Source of the DNA: Chiloscyllium plagiosum
Taxonomy: Eukaryota
DNA length: 37,664 nt
Assembly (NCBI RefSeq): GCF_004010195.1
Contig: NC_057755.1
Coordinates: 12,785,683 to 12,823,346 of the forward strand
Reading direction: 5' to 3'
Shown piece by piece: positions 1 to 11,859 of this stretch (positions are counted from its first letter, which is position 1; every line of letters starts with the position of its first letter). Under the pieces are notes generated by a model. That model searched no databases. It was not told the origin of the DNA and saw only the letters and a program-made list of their open reading frames with translations. The translations under genes were made by a program, and so were the position numbers.

Positions 1-330
1 AGCTGGTGCAGGGGGTGTCCCGAACGTAGGTGGGGAGTTCTTGCACTAAGGGGGACAGAACGGTGTCAAGGTACGCAGAGATGAGTTCGGTGGGGCAGGA
101 GCAGGCGGAGACAATGGGTCGGCCGGGGCAGTCAGGTTTGTGGATTTTGGGCAGGAGGTAGAAACGGCCGGTGCGGGGTTGTGGGACTATGAGGTTGGAG
201 GCGGTGAATGGGAGATCCCCTGAGCTGATGAGGTTATGGATGGTCTGGGAGATGATGGTTTGGTCCTGGGAGATGATGATTTGGTGGTGGGAGGTGGGGT
301 GATGATGGTTTGGTGGTGGGAGATGGGGTC
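1..330 (-). mobile_element. Penelope-like element RT fragment
   Basis: Minus-strand translation ...RFYLLPKIHKPDCPGRPIVSACSCPTELISAYLD...LPTYVRDT, a typical PLE RT N-terminal motif set. Short imperfect repeats of GGGAGATGATGGTTTGG at 245-325. Confidence 0.88.
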
Positions 331-339
331 AGGAACATA

Positions 340-1020
340 TGGACGTTATCAGTCAGTTAAAGAACAAAGGACTTTAGCAAGGTTGGATGGTATTTATTTT
401 AATGCTAGAAATCTGACAAACAAGACAGATGAGCTGATTGCGCAAAGTAAAATATGAGGGTAATGTCGTCATGGCTATTGTTCAGACATAGTTGAGAGAA
501 GGGCAGAATTGGCAGCTCAATGTTCCAGGATCTTAAGGTGGAACAGGGAAGGAGGTAAAATAGGAGGAGGTGTTACAATGTTGATCAGGAATCTCTTACA
601 GGAGGGATGACATCTTTAAAGGCTCTTCAAATAAAGTCACATGTGCAGAACTTAAAAACCAAAAGGGGCAATCACATTGCTGGGGTGTACTATAGGCTGC
701 ATAACAGTCCAAGAGAAATAGAAGAACAGATATGTAGGCAAATTTCAGTGAACTGTAAAGGAAATAGGTTGGTAATAGTGGAAGGCTACAACTTTGGAAA
801 AAGTCAGGACTGCAGATGCTGAAGATCAGAGTCAAAGAGTGTTGTGCTGGAAAAGCACAGCCGGTCAGTCAGCATCTGAGGAGCAGGAGAGTCGACGTTT
901 CGAGCATAGGCTCTTCATCAGAAAAGGTTACAACTTTCCTAATATTAACTGAGGTAGTCATAGCGTGAAAGGTTTAGAGGGAGCAAGATTCTTAAAATGC
1001 ATTCAGGACAGAATCCAAGG
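340..1020 (+). mobile_element. Decayed CR1 ORF2 APE endonuclease fragment
   Basis: YFNARNLTNKTDEL, GVYYR and a G.YNFPNI remnant. Confidence 0.75.
796..922 (-). mobile_element. Short Penelope terminus with hammerhead-like motif
   Basis: Flanked by near-duplicate AAGG(C/T)TACAACTTT. Minus strand reads CTGATGA A GAGC CTAT GCTC GAAAC GTC. Confidence 0.8.
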
Positions 1021-1029
1021 ATTTTTGGA

Positions 1030-1610
1030 AAATTATAACCAATGCATTCACCATCTCTATAGATACCTCTTTTAGGATCCTAAGATGCAAGCCATCAGGG
1101 CCAGGGGAGTTTAGCACCATTAGTGTGTCTAATGCTACTTATCTAGTGATGGTGATGGCACTGAATTCCTCTTCTGTATTCTTTAATATTAATGGCATGG
1201 TCGAAGTATCTTCATTGAATCTGAGAGAAGGTTTATTTCCACCATAAAAACTGATGCAAAACATCTGATTATCTCTTTTAATATTTCCTTATCCCCCATA
1301 ACTATCTCCCCAGATTCATTTTCTAATGGGCCTATGTTCACTTTCACCTCTTACTTCATTTTTACATATTTAAAGAAGCTCTTTTTGTCAGTTTTTAAAT
1401 TCCTCACTAGTTTGCCCTCATAATTTATTTTTTCTTTCTTTATTATATTTTTGTCCTCCTTTACTGGCTTCAAAATTTATCCCAGTCTTTGGGGCTATCA
1501 CTGACTTTTGCCTCCTCATATGTTTTTTATTTCAGCTTAATACTTCCCTTTAATTCCTTGATCAGCGATGGTTAGAGTCTTTCATACTTACTGGTGTATA
1601 TTTGTGCTAA
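1030..1610 (-). mobile_element. Old CR1 ORF2 fragment
   Basis: Decayed linker region and a SPGPDG-like motif (gccatcagggccaggggag on the + strand). Confidence 0.6.
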
Positions 1611-1734
1611 GAGCATCATACAGCACAAAAACAAAGTCCATGCCGACCATGTTGACAAACTAAACTAATCCCACCTGCGTGCACTTGGCCCATATCCCTG
1701 CAAACCTTTCCTATTCATAAACTTATTTGACTTT

Positions 1735-2072
1735 TAGATTAGATTAGATAAGAGTAGAATCCCTACAGTGTGGAAACAGGCCCTTTGGCCTAACAAGTCC
1801 ACACCGACCCTCCAAGTAGTAACCCATCCAGACCCATTCACCTACCCTGTATTTATCCCTGACTAATGCACCTGCCTACACATCCCCAAACACCATGGGC
1901 AAAATTCACCTAACCTGCACATCTTTGGATTGTGAGAGCACCCGGAGGAAACCCCTGCAAACACTGGGAGAATGTGCAAACTCCACACCGTCGGTTGCCC
2001 AAGGTTGGACTTGAACCCGGGTCCTTGGCACTATGAGGCAGCAGTGCTAACCACTGAGCCACCATGCCACCC
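1735..2072 (-). mobile_element. HE1-like V-SINE
   Basis: tRNA head at the 2072 end, V-domain, (TCTAA)n tail. Confidence 0.9.
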
Positions 2073-2073
2073 C

Positions 2074-4625
2074 TAAATACTGTAACTGTACCTGCACCCA
2101 TTGCCTTCTTTGACAGTTCATTCCACATACAAACCAATGTAAAATGATACACCTGGTGTACATCTTAAATCTTTCTCCTCTCACCTTAAAAATATGCCTC
2201 CTAGTTTTGAAATTCCCCCACCTAGGGAACATCCTTTTGTTATTTGCCTTGTCTATGCTCTTCCTGATTTTATAAACCTCAATAAGGTCACCCCTCAACC
2301 TCCTACATCCCAGTGAAAAAGGTCCCAGCCTTTCCAGTCTATTTTTATATTTCAAACCATTCCCAACAACATCCTGGTAAATCTTTTCTGAACCCTCTGC
2401 ATTTTAATCTATAACATGGTGACCAGACTGAACACAATACTCCAAAAGTAGCCTCACCAACATCCTGTACAACCTCAACATGATATCCTAACTCTGAAAC
2501 TCAAAGGTCTGAGCAATGAGCGCAAACATGCTAAACATTTTCTTAACCACCTTATGTTGCAAATTTCAAAAAATTATATACCTGAACCCCTAGATCTCTG
2601 TTCTACAAAACTACCCAGGGCTCTGTCATTAATTGTAAAAGACCTACCTTGTTATTTTACAAAAAGTAATACCTCACATTTATCCAAATTAAATTCCATC
2701 TGCTACTCCTCAGTCTTTTGACCCAATTGATCAAGATCCTTTTATAGAATAAAGAACATAGAACAATAAATCACAGGAACATGCCCTTTGGCCCTCTAAA
2801 CCTGCACTGACACATTTTATCCTTCCATACCAAAACTGTCTTGACTTACAGGGTCCTCTATTCCCTTCCTATTCATGTATTCATTCAGGTGTTTTTTTAA
2901 TGCTGAAACTGTGTCTGCTTCCACCACCTCCCCCGTCTGCATGTTCCAGGCACTCACCACCCTTTGTGTGAAAAATGTGCCTCACCTGTGGCTAGCACTG
3001 CTACCTTACTATGCCAGGGACCGGGGGTTAATTTAATGTCTTCTTAAATGTCTGTCACTGCTTACTTACTGTTTTTCCTGCCAACCTATCCACTCAGTTC
3101 ATTTTAGCCACCTCTGTCCTTACTTCATTGTTATTCCCTTTATTTAAGTTAATCGCAGTTGTTTCTGACCCATGTTTCTCACACTCAAACTGAGGTTATG
3201 TAAGTAATCAAAAAGTTGATGAATGGAGTATAAATTGGAGTTTGCACATTCTCCCTGTGTCTGTGTGGGTTTCCTCCAGGTACTCCGGTTTCCTCCCACA
3301 GTCCAAAGATATGCAGGTTAGGTAAATTGGCCATGCTAAACTGACCATAGCTTTCAGGGATGTGTAGGTTAGGTGCATTAGTCAGAAGAAAATGTAAAAG
3401 TAATGAAGTAGGAGAATATATCTGGATGGGATATTCTATGGAGGGTCGATGTGGACCTTTTGGGTCAAATGGCCTGTTTCCACACTGTAGAGATTCTATG
3501 ATTCTATGACACATCTCTTTTAAACTTAATCCCCATACCTCGAACCTGTGTGCCCTAATAATTGACCCCTGCAGTCTGTGAAAAAGCCTCATACTTTCCC
3601 ACCCTATCCATCCCATTCACAATCTGATGTATTTCTATCAGATCGCATCTCAACCTCCTGCATCCCAGTCTATCCATCCTTTCTTCATAGCTAAAATCTC
3701 CCATACTAGGCAACATCCTGGTAAACCTTTTCTATACCCTCTCCAAAGCATCCACATCTTTCTGGTAATGTGGTAACCAGAACTGTATACAATATTCCAA
3801 GTGTGGCCTAACTAAAGTTCTATAAAGCTGCAGCATAACTTGTCTATCTTTATACTCAATGCCTCTTCCAGTGAAAGCAAACATGCCACAAGCAGTTTTT
3901 AATTACCTCATCTACCTGTTCTGCCATCTTTGGTATTTTGGGCACCTGTGCACCCAGATCCCACTGCACATCAATACTCTGAAGTGTTCACTGTATAATT
4001 TCCACTGTACTTGACCTCCCAAAAGGTATCACCTCACATCTTAGATAACCTTCTTCACTGTCGACTGTACCACCATTCTTAGTGTTATCGGCAAATTTGC
4101 CTCCTATATTTTCATCCAATCAATTACTTAAATGACAAACAAAAGTGGACCCAGTACTAATCCCTGTGGAAAATCAGGCCTCCAGTTAAAAAAAAAACCC
4201 TCTACCTTAGCCTCTGTCTCCTGCCATTAAGTCTATTTTGTATCTCGTTGGCAAGCTCACCCTGAATTCCATGTGATCTAACTTTACCAATTAATCTACC
4301 ATGCAGAACCTTGTCAAAGGCTTTACTAAAGTCCAAGTAAACAACATCTATCTCTCTGCCCTCATTAATCTTTTTGGTTACTTCATTAAAAAACTCAATC
4401 AAGTTTGTGAGACATAATTTTCCTTGCACAATTCCATCCTGACTATCCAAAATCAATCCTTGCCTCTCCAAATGCATGTAAATCCTATCTTTCAGAATAA
4501 TTTCCAACAACTTACCCACTACTGATGTTAGACTCACAGGCCCATAGTTTCCAAGCTTCTCCCTACAGACTTTCTTAAAAATGGCACAATATTAGCCATC
4601 CTCCAGTCCTCTGGGACTTCACCTG
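2074..4625 (-). mobile_element. Nested CR1 ORF2 3' halves (outer copy ~2074-2745 plus 4040-4625; inner copy ~2745-4030)
   Basis: SLTSVVGKLLE...LTNLIEFF...DVVYLDFSKAFDKV.HGRL (ORF 4202-4537); RLRGDLIEVYKI C-terminus (ORF 2047-2355); CR1 3' tails. Confidence 0.85.
2988..3509 (+). mobile_element. HE1-like V-SINE split by a ~200-bp CR1-derived insert
   Basis: Head remnant at 2988-3030; V-domain and tail at 3236-3509 ending (ATTCTATG)n. Confidence 0.8.
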
Positions 4626-4789
4626 TGTATGTGTCCTTAAATGTCTGCCGCTGCTTACTTATCGTTTGTCCTGCCAGCTATCCAATCAGTTCATTTTAGC
4701 CATCTCTGTGCTTACTTCATTGTTATTCCCTTTATTTAAGTTAAACACAGTTGTTTCTGACCCATGTATCTCACACTCAAACTGAGATG

Positions 4790-5985
4790 AATTATGTAAG
4801 TGATCAAAAATTTAGCGAATGAAGTACAATGTGGGCAAATATAAAGTTGTCCATTTTGGAAGGGGGAGCAAAAGAACAGTGTATTATTTATATGGAGAGA
4901 TGTGGGAGGTAATCAGGAAGGCTCATGGAATATCAGCCCTTATTTCAAGGCAGTTGCAGTATAAATGCAGGGAAATCTTACTGCAATGGTACAAGGTGCT
5001 GGTGAGATCACCTCTGGAGTACTGTGAGCAGTTTTGGTCCCCTTATCTAAGGAAAAAATGTTTCATTGGAGGCAGTTCCAAAAAGGTTCATTTGGATGAT
5101 CACTGGTATGGAGGACAAAATGTAAACACTTTGGAACTCTACTCATTGGAGTTTAGAAAAATGAGAGGTGATCACATTGAAATATATAGGATTCATAACA
5201 GGCTTAACAGAGTAAATGCTTAGTGGATGTTTCCCCACATGGGAAAATCTAGGCCCAGAGGGAACAAAGGACAAAGAAAATTACAGCACAGGAACAGGCC
5301 CTTCAGCCCTCCAAACCTGCAGCGACCCAGATCCTCTATCTAAACCTATCACCTATTTTCTAAGAATCTGTATCTCTCTGCTCCCACCCATTCATGTATC
5401 TGCTATTGTGCCCGACTCTACCACCTCCACTGGCAATGCGTTCCAGGCACCCATCAACCTCTGTGTAAAGAACTTTTCACACATATCTCACTTAAGCTTT
5501 TCCCCTCTCATCTTGAACTCATGACCCCTAGTAATTGAGTTCCCTACTCTGGGAAAAAGCTTCTTGCTATTCACCCTGTCTATAACTCTCATGATTTTGT
5601 AGACCCCAGTCAGATCCCCCTCAACCTCTGTCTTTCTAATGAAAATAATTCTAATCTACTCAACCGCTCTTCATAGCTAGCACCCTCCTTACCAGTCAAC
5701 ATCCTGGTGAACCTCCTCTACATCTTCTCCAAAGTATCCACATTTTTTTGATAATGTGGTGACCAGAACTGTTGGCGGAATTGCGTAAAGAAGAGTCTCT
5801 GAATGAAGGGGCGCTGATTTAAGAGCTATTGGGGGAGAATCCTTGATCAGTTGTGGACTCAAGGGTTATGGGTGAAGGCAGGAAAGTGGTTTTGAGGAAT
5901 GTTGGATCAGCCATGATCCTATTGAATGGCAGAGCAGGCACAAAGAGCCAAATGACCTAATCCCATTTCCATTCCTTGTGGTCTT
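4790..5985 (+). mobile_element. CR1 3' region interrupted by an opposite-strand CR1 3' end (~5262-5772)
   Basis: LVRSPLEYCEQFWSPYL...MRGDHIEIYRI (ORF 4819-5223); 3' UTR resumes at ~5775. Confidence 0.8.
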
Positions 5986-5999
5986 ACAATCTTATGGAC

Positions 6000-7600
6000 T
6001 GCTTTTTAAGCCTGCGTGTAGAAGGACCTGCACTTAATTTTAGGTAATGAAACTGGGCAAATGGTTGAGTATCAGTGGGAGAGTATTTTGCAGATGATGA
6101 TCATAACTCCATTAGATTCAAGATTGTTGTAAAAAAGGACAAGGATCTACCTGAAATTAATATTCTCAATCACGGAAAAAGTTAACTTTAATAAGATATG
6201 ATATGATTTGGCCAGTGGGCTGGGAGCTGAAAATTTTAGTTAAGTCTGTGCCATGGCCTTAGGATGGATTCAAGACAGAAATAAGGAGACGAAAGGGTGA
6301 ATATGTTCCACTAAAGGTAAAAGGTGGGACCATCAAATCCTGTGAACCCTGATATATTGCCTTGGAATAGAGAAATAGGGAGGCTCATGACAGATACTGA
6401 GGGCTCAAACAGCAGAATCCCTACAGGAGTATAGAATGTGCAAAAGGGACTTAGGAAGAAAATCAGGAGAGCAAAAAGGGAGCATGAAATGGCAGGTAAA
6501 ATAACAGATAATCCTAAATTATCATACAGTACATTAAGGGTAAAAGGATAACTAGGCAAAGAGTAGGGCCCATTAAGGACCACAGTGATAACTTGTGTGT
6601 GGAGCTGGAGGATGTAGGTAGGATTGGAAATTAACACTCTATGTTGCTGTTCACTAATGACTGGGACAACATAGGTATAGAAGTCATGGAAAAGGTCTGT
6701 GTTATAATTTTTTAAATTAGCATCGACCAAGAGCATGTTCTGAGTGGTCTGGCAGGCTTAAAAGTAGATAAATCTCGATAGCTGAATGAAATGTATCCTA
6801 CGTTGTTGAGTGAGGCAAAAGAGGAGCATTCGCAAAAAATTTCAATTCTTCACTGGCCACAGGTCACCACTTCAAAAACTTCTATCAGTTGATCAGACAT
6901 GATTTTCCGTTAACAAATCCATGCTGATTGTTCTTGATTAGTTGCTGCCTCTCCAAATGCAGACTAATTCTGTCCCTCAGAATTATTGCCAGCAGTTTCC
7001 CTATTAACAAGGTTAGACTGACATCACCTGTAGTCTCCAGGTTTATTCCTTGCCCCCTTCATGAACAACAATACCACATTAGCACCTGTCTTCTGGCCCA
7101 AGAGAAATTGAAAATTATTACCAGTGCCCGGGCTATTTCCGCCTTTGCCTCACTCAACAACCCAGGATATATTTCATTCAGCTCTGGAAATTTATCACTT
7201 TTAAGCCTATTAGACCACTCAGAATCTCCTCTCTGTTTGTGGCAATTTCTTTAACTGTATCACAGACCTTCTCCCTGATTTCTGTATCCATATCACCTCT
7301 CTCATTGGTGAACTCAGATGCAAAGTATTCATTTGGAACTGAACCTATATCATCATCCTGTTCCACACACAAACTACCACTGTGGTCCTTAATATGCCCT
7401 ACTCTTTCCCTCGATATCCTTAATGCATTTTTAAAACAACTTGGGAATTTCCTTTATTTTACCTACCAGTATCCTTTCATATACCTTTTTAGCTCTCCTA
7501 ATCTCTTTTTTAAGTTCTCATTTGAGATTTCCAATGCCTGCAGTATTTGCTTTTATTTTTGCTTTTACCTGTTCTTAACTTTGTTTCTCTGATCCTATAA
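6000..7600. mobile_element. Two old CR1 ORF2 mid-region fragments (+ 6000-6865; - 6870-7600)
   Basis: DDDHNSI.F, R(V)GPL, NEYFASEFT and KSP-like remnants. Confidence 0.65.
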
Positions 7601-7623
7601 TAATCTTGAATATGTTTATCAAA

Positions 7624-7759
7624 TTCCGATTCCTGAAGAAAGACTTATGCCCGGAACGTCGATTCTCCTGCTCCTCGGATGCTGCCTGGCCTGCTGTGGT
7701 TTTCTAGCACGACATTTTTCAACTCTGGTACTCCAGCATCTGCAGTCCTCACTTTCTCC
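7624..7759 (+). mobile_element. Short Penelope terminus with degenerate hammerhead-like motif
   Basis: Perfect 13-bp TSD TATGTTTATCAAA (7611-7623, 7760-7772); begins CCTGAAGAAAGACTTATGCCCGGAACGTC. Confidence 0.82.
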
Positions 7760-8235
7760 TATGTTTATCAAACCTCTATCTTAATCCTCTTTTCATGCTA
7801 GGAGAACAATTCCATCCTCTCCAACAAACTCCATCTCTGAAAACAGTTTGGCAAATCTCTGTACCTTTTTGACGACTCTCACACAGTTCCTAATAAGTAG
7901 CAACCAGAACTGGACAGAATAGTTTACATGGAGCCAACTAGAGATTTATGAAGGTTCAGCATAACGTCCCTTTTTTTAGTCATTATCTTTATTTACAAAG
8001 GCCAAGATTCCAATTGCCATGCTAACCACTCTCTCAATATGCCCTATCACTTTCAAAGATTAATATACGCCCATTTCCATGTCCCTCTGTCACTGTGCAC
8101 TCTTCAGTAAAGTGCCATTTAGTCTATCTCTTTGTGCTTGACAATCCAGAGCAGTACTAAGGGTGTCCTGCACTAAGGTGCTGACTTTGGTATGTGATTG
8201 AACAGATCCTTATTGCAGGATATAAAAGATCCCAT

Positions 8236-9135
8236 AGAGTCATAGATTCATAGAGATGTACAGCATGGAAACAGACCCTTTGGTCCAACCCTTCCATGCC
8301 GACCAGATATCCCAACCCAATCTATTCCCACCTGCCAGCACCCTGACCATATCCCTCCAAACCCTTCCTATTCATATACACATCCAAATGCCTCTCAAAT
8401 GTTGCAATTGTACCAGCCTCCACCACATCCTCTGGCAGCTCATTCCATACACGTACCACCCTCTGTGTGAAAAGGTTGCCCCTTAGGTCTCTTTTATATC
8501 TTTCCCCTNNNNNNNNNNNNNNNNNNNNNNNNNNNNNNNNNNNNNNNNNNNNNNNNNNNNNNNNNNNNNNNNNNNNNNNNNNNNNNNNNNNNNNNNNNNN
8601 NNNNNNNNNNNNNNNNNNNNNNNNNNNNNNNNNNNNNNNNNNNNNNNNNNNNNNNNNNNNNNNNNNNNNNNNNNNNNNNNNNNNNNNNNNNNNNNNNNNN
8701 NNNNNNNNNNNNNNNNNNNNNNNNNNNNNNNNNNNNNNNNNNNNNNNNNNNNNNNNNNNNNNNNNNNNNNNNNNNNNNNNNNNNNNNNNNNNNNNNNNNN
8801 NNNNNNNNNNNNNNNNNNNNNNNNNNNNNNNNNNNNNNNNGATCCTGTTGTAATCTGAGGTAACCTTCTTCACTGTCCACTACACCTCCAATTTTGGTGT
8901 CATCTGCAAACTTACTAACTGTACCTCTTATGCTCACATCCAAATCATTTATGTAAATGACAAAAAGTAGAGGGCCCAGCACCGATCCTTGTGGCACTTC
9001 ACTGGTCACAGGCCTCCAGTCTGAAAAACAACCTTCCATCACCATCCTCTGTCTTCTACCTTTGAGCCAGTTCTGTATCCAAGTGGCTAGTTCTCCCTGT
9101 ATTCCATGAGATCTAACCTTGCTAATCAGTCTCCA
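8236..9135 (-). mobile_element. Young 5'-truncated CR1 spanning an assembly gap
   Basis: [20 protein letters not shown]...SKFADDTK (ORF 8494-9156); C-terminus FTQRVVRVWNELP; (CTCTATGA)n tail. Confidence 0.9.
8509..8840. other. Assembly gap (N run)
   Basis: 332 N, CR1 on both sides. Confidence 0.99.
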
Positions 9136-10321
9136 ATGGGCACTAGATCTGGCCAATATTTAATCCCCAGACAACATCACAAGAAACAGATAATCAAGTT
9201 ATTGTCATGTTGCTTTTAGTGGGAATTAATCATCCAGCAAAAGTTGAAACTGGAAACCTTTCAGAGTTTTTGCCAATGCAGAACAGTCCATTTACACTTG
9301 ACCAATCCATATACAACTACTAAACCCAAGCTAGCTCTCTTAATCATATACTCAGCTTCTCCCTAGCACCTAAAGGTTTGGAGAGCTGTCAGGACACATA
9401 ACATAGATCACATAAGTACACCAACTAAACGTGTCTCATTCTGACAGGAAAAATCCAGAATTATGATAGTTTCGCTATATATAAGTGACATAGCTGGAAT
9501 TTGAACGCTGACTGGAAAGATCCCAGGGATAGGATCCTTTTAATATTCAGGGCCAATACCTCATGACTGCAGATGCTCAGCAGAGACTCCTACCTTCTCT
9601 CTGCTCAACTGGGAAAGCCAAAGAGCATTGTAAGGCTGAAAAGGACATCATTTCTTGATATTTTTCCCTTAATCCGAAAGAAAAATATCAGCTTCTAATT
9701 GAAGGGATCTTGTGCTCCCTGATATTAATTTCCTTACTCTGTGCTTACTGAACCCATGTCTGTTCCCAAGCAAGCTAGAGAATGAAGTAAAAGAGTTCCT
9801 GTTGCCTCTTCCTCTGCATGTTCTCAAAAGACTAGGAGCTAAATTCATGCTTCCATTGCCATAACTGGAAACAATCAGTGGAATTTTGGGACATTGAGGG
9901 AGGTACTGCTGCATGCTGGATTCCTTGGAATCTTTCTCTTGCCTCCCTCCTGCCATTTGGAGGTACTTTATTACAATGTATTGAGTGCAATGGTCTCAGT
10001 ACTAGGAGCAACAAGTGCATAGAGTTAATGCACTTACGCCGCACACTTTTTCTATGCTCAGCACAGGGGAAGGTCACCAGCATTATGTATTTCAGGCTTC
10101 CTGAAAACCAATCCTTCACCTGCTAGCTGCAATGGCACATAGTGGAACAATAGTGGCACATTCAAAATGAAGGAATTATGAATGTTTAACTTATTACAAT
10201 GAAGTTATTGCAATCATTTGATTTCAAATTCCATAAACTTACAATTAGCACAGCTCTGCAATAATCAGACTATCCAGTTATGTCAGTCTTTAATTCTGGA
10301 ATTTGTTGCTTAGTTTTTGCA

Positions 10322-10643
10322 GGGTGGCATGGTAACTCAGTGATTAGCATTGCTGCCTCACTGCACCAGGGACCCGGCTCTACTCTCGGGCAACTGCCTG
10401 TGTGGAGTTTGCACATTGTGTTTGTGTGGGCTTCCTAGAGACCAAAGATGTGCAGGTTAGGTGGATTGGCCATGCTAAATAATCTGTAGTGTCCAGGGAT
10501 GTGTAGGTTAGGTGGATTAGGCATGGGATATGCAGGGTTATAGGTATTGGATAGGGGTGTGAGTCTGGGTGGGATGGTCTTTGGAGGGTCAATGTGGACT
10601 TGATGGGCTGATGGCCTGCTTCCACACTGTAAGGGTTCTATGA
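10322..10643 (+). mobile_element. HE1-like V-SINE
   Basis: GGGTGGCATGGTAACTCAGTGATTAGC head, V-domain, CCACACTGTA tail. Confidence 0.88.
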
Positions 10644-11859
10644 AGTGGGATACACAAATAACTTGCTTTGCTTGAATACTTTTAAGGTCAATGTAGATCG
10701 ATTTCAGTTAGGCATGAGAATCAAAGGATATTGGAAATAGATGGGATTGTGGGATTTGAAAGATAATCCATGATTTTATAGAACGGCAAAGCAGGCTTGA
10801 GAGACTGAATAACTTTTCTCTGCTCCTAATTTGTGTCTGTGTTTTTAGGCATCTCTGAACTGAGTTTCCAATAACAGGAGCAAGTGTCTCTCAATAAAAT
10901 GGCTAGCTGCTGAATTTAGTTGTTACCCCAAGGATTGGAGGTGGGAAGGTTTTCTGTAACAGAGACCCCAAGCTACCTGGGGCAATGCGTTGTGCCAATG
11001 CCCTGTACATCTTTAACACTGCAGCAGAGAGGAAGCTATTTCCAAGAGACGGTTGGTAACCGGCAAATATACAACAGTTATAACATAAAAGAGGCCATCT
11101 GGGCCAGCCATTCTATGTCAGTACTTATCATGGACACAAGCAGAAAGTTCAAAACATGACTCCTGCTCAGTTCATATTCCTTCATCCACGATGCAATCAA
11201 AACTAGAATTATGACAGCTTCTGCCTCAATCACTGACCCAGTGCCAGTTTCTACTCTTCCCTTTCTCCATTCTCTCTGAGCAGTTACCTCACAACAACAA
11301 TGAGACTGAGCTGAAGCGCTGTCTCAATCAGATTTCCCTATAAGGACAGCTCTGTGAAGTGGCAACATTGCTTAGTGTCAGAGATTGTAAGAATGCCATG
11401 AAAGGTTTTAAGACAGTGACCTTGTGTTATCTCGCAAGGTCAATTCACTCACGGTACACAGGCAAAATTATAAACACCATACGTGACTCACATTACCAAT
11501 CCCTATGAAATGAGCAGAACACTACAAAGCAGACAATGAAGTCCCAGCACTAGAGTGCTAGAGAAAGCTCTCCAACTCCTGACATTGTGGCACAGAGAGC
11601 AGCAGGCTGCATTATGAAATGTCAACCCAGTCCAACCTGACCAAATATTCTCAATATATTCTCGATCATCTGAAAAATAATGGTTCAATTTGTTGGCAGT
11701 ACTATCAAATGCTTTAACACTTCAATGACCTGCTCATTAATGCTCAGTTTGTGTTGTGCCAGGGTCACTCAGGTCTTGACCTCATTACAGCCTCAGTACA
11801 TACACGGACAAAAGGGCTGAATTCCAGAGGTGAGGCAAGAGTGACTGCCCTTGACATTT

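Larger units (their letters stand above)
8140..9230 (+). mobile_element. Ancient Deu-domain SINE (SacSINE1/AmnSINE-like) split by a CR1
   Basis: GCAGTACTAAGGGTGTCCTGCACT...TAAAAGATCCCAT before the CR1; ATGGGCACTA..CTGGCCAATATTTAATCCCCAGACAACATCAC..AAACAGAT after it. Matches the Deu-domain consensus as I recall it. Confidence 0.65.

Noticed and set aside
8322..9156. Long ORFs spanning N runs (also 14334-15180)
   Set aside because: Length is an artefact of X translation; the flanks are CR1 ORF2.
9669..10126. Three overlapping 82-95 aa ORFs in unique sequence
   Set aside because: No recognisable motifs or consistent splice signals; lengths are compatible with chance.
11503..11688. Minus-strand TTTTTCAG acceptor-like site and 61-aa ORF as candidate exon 3
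   Set aside because: No frame resembles TACR TM5/ICL3; two frames stop early.
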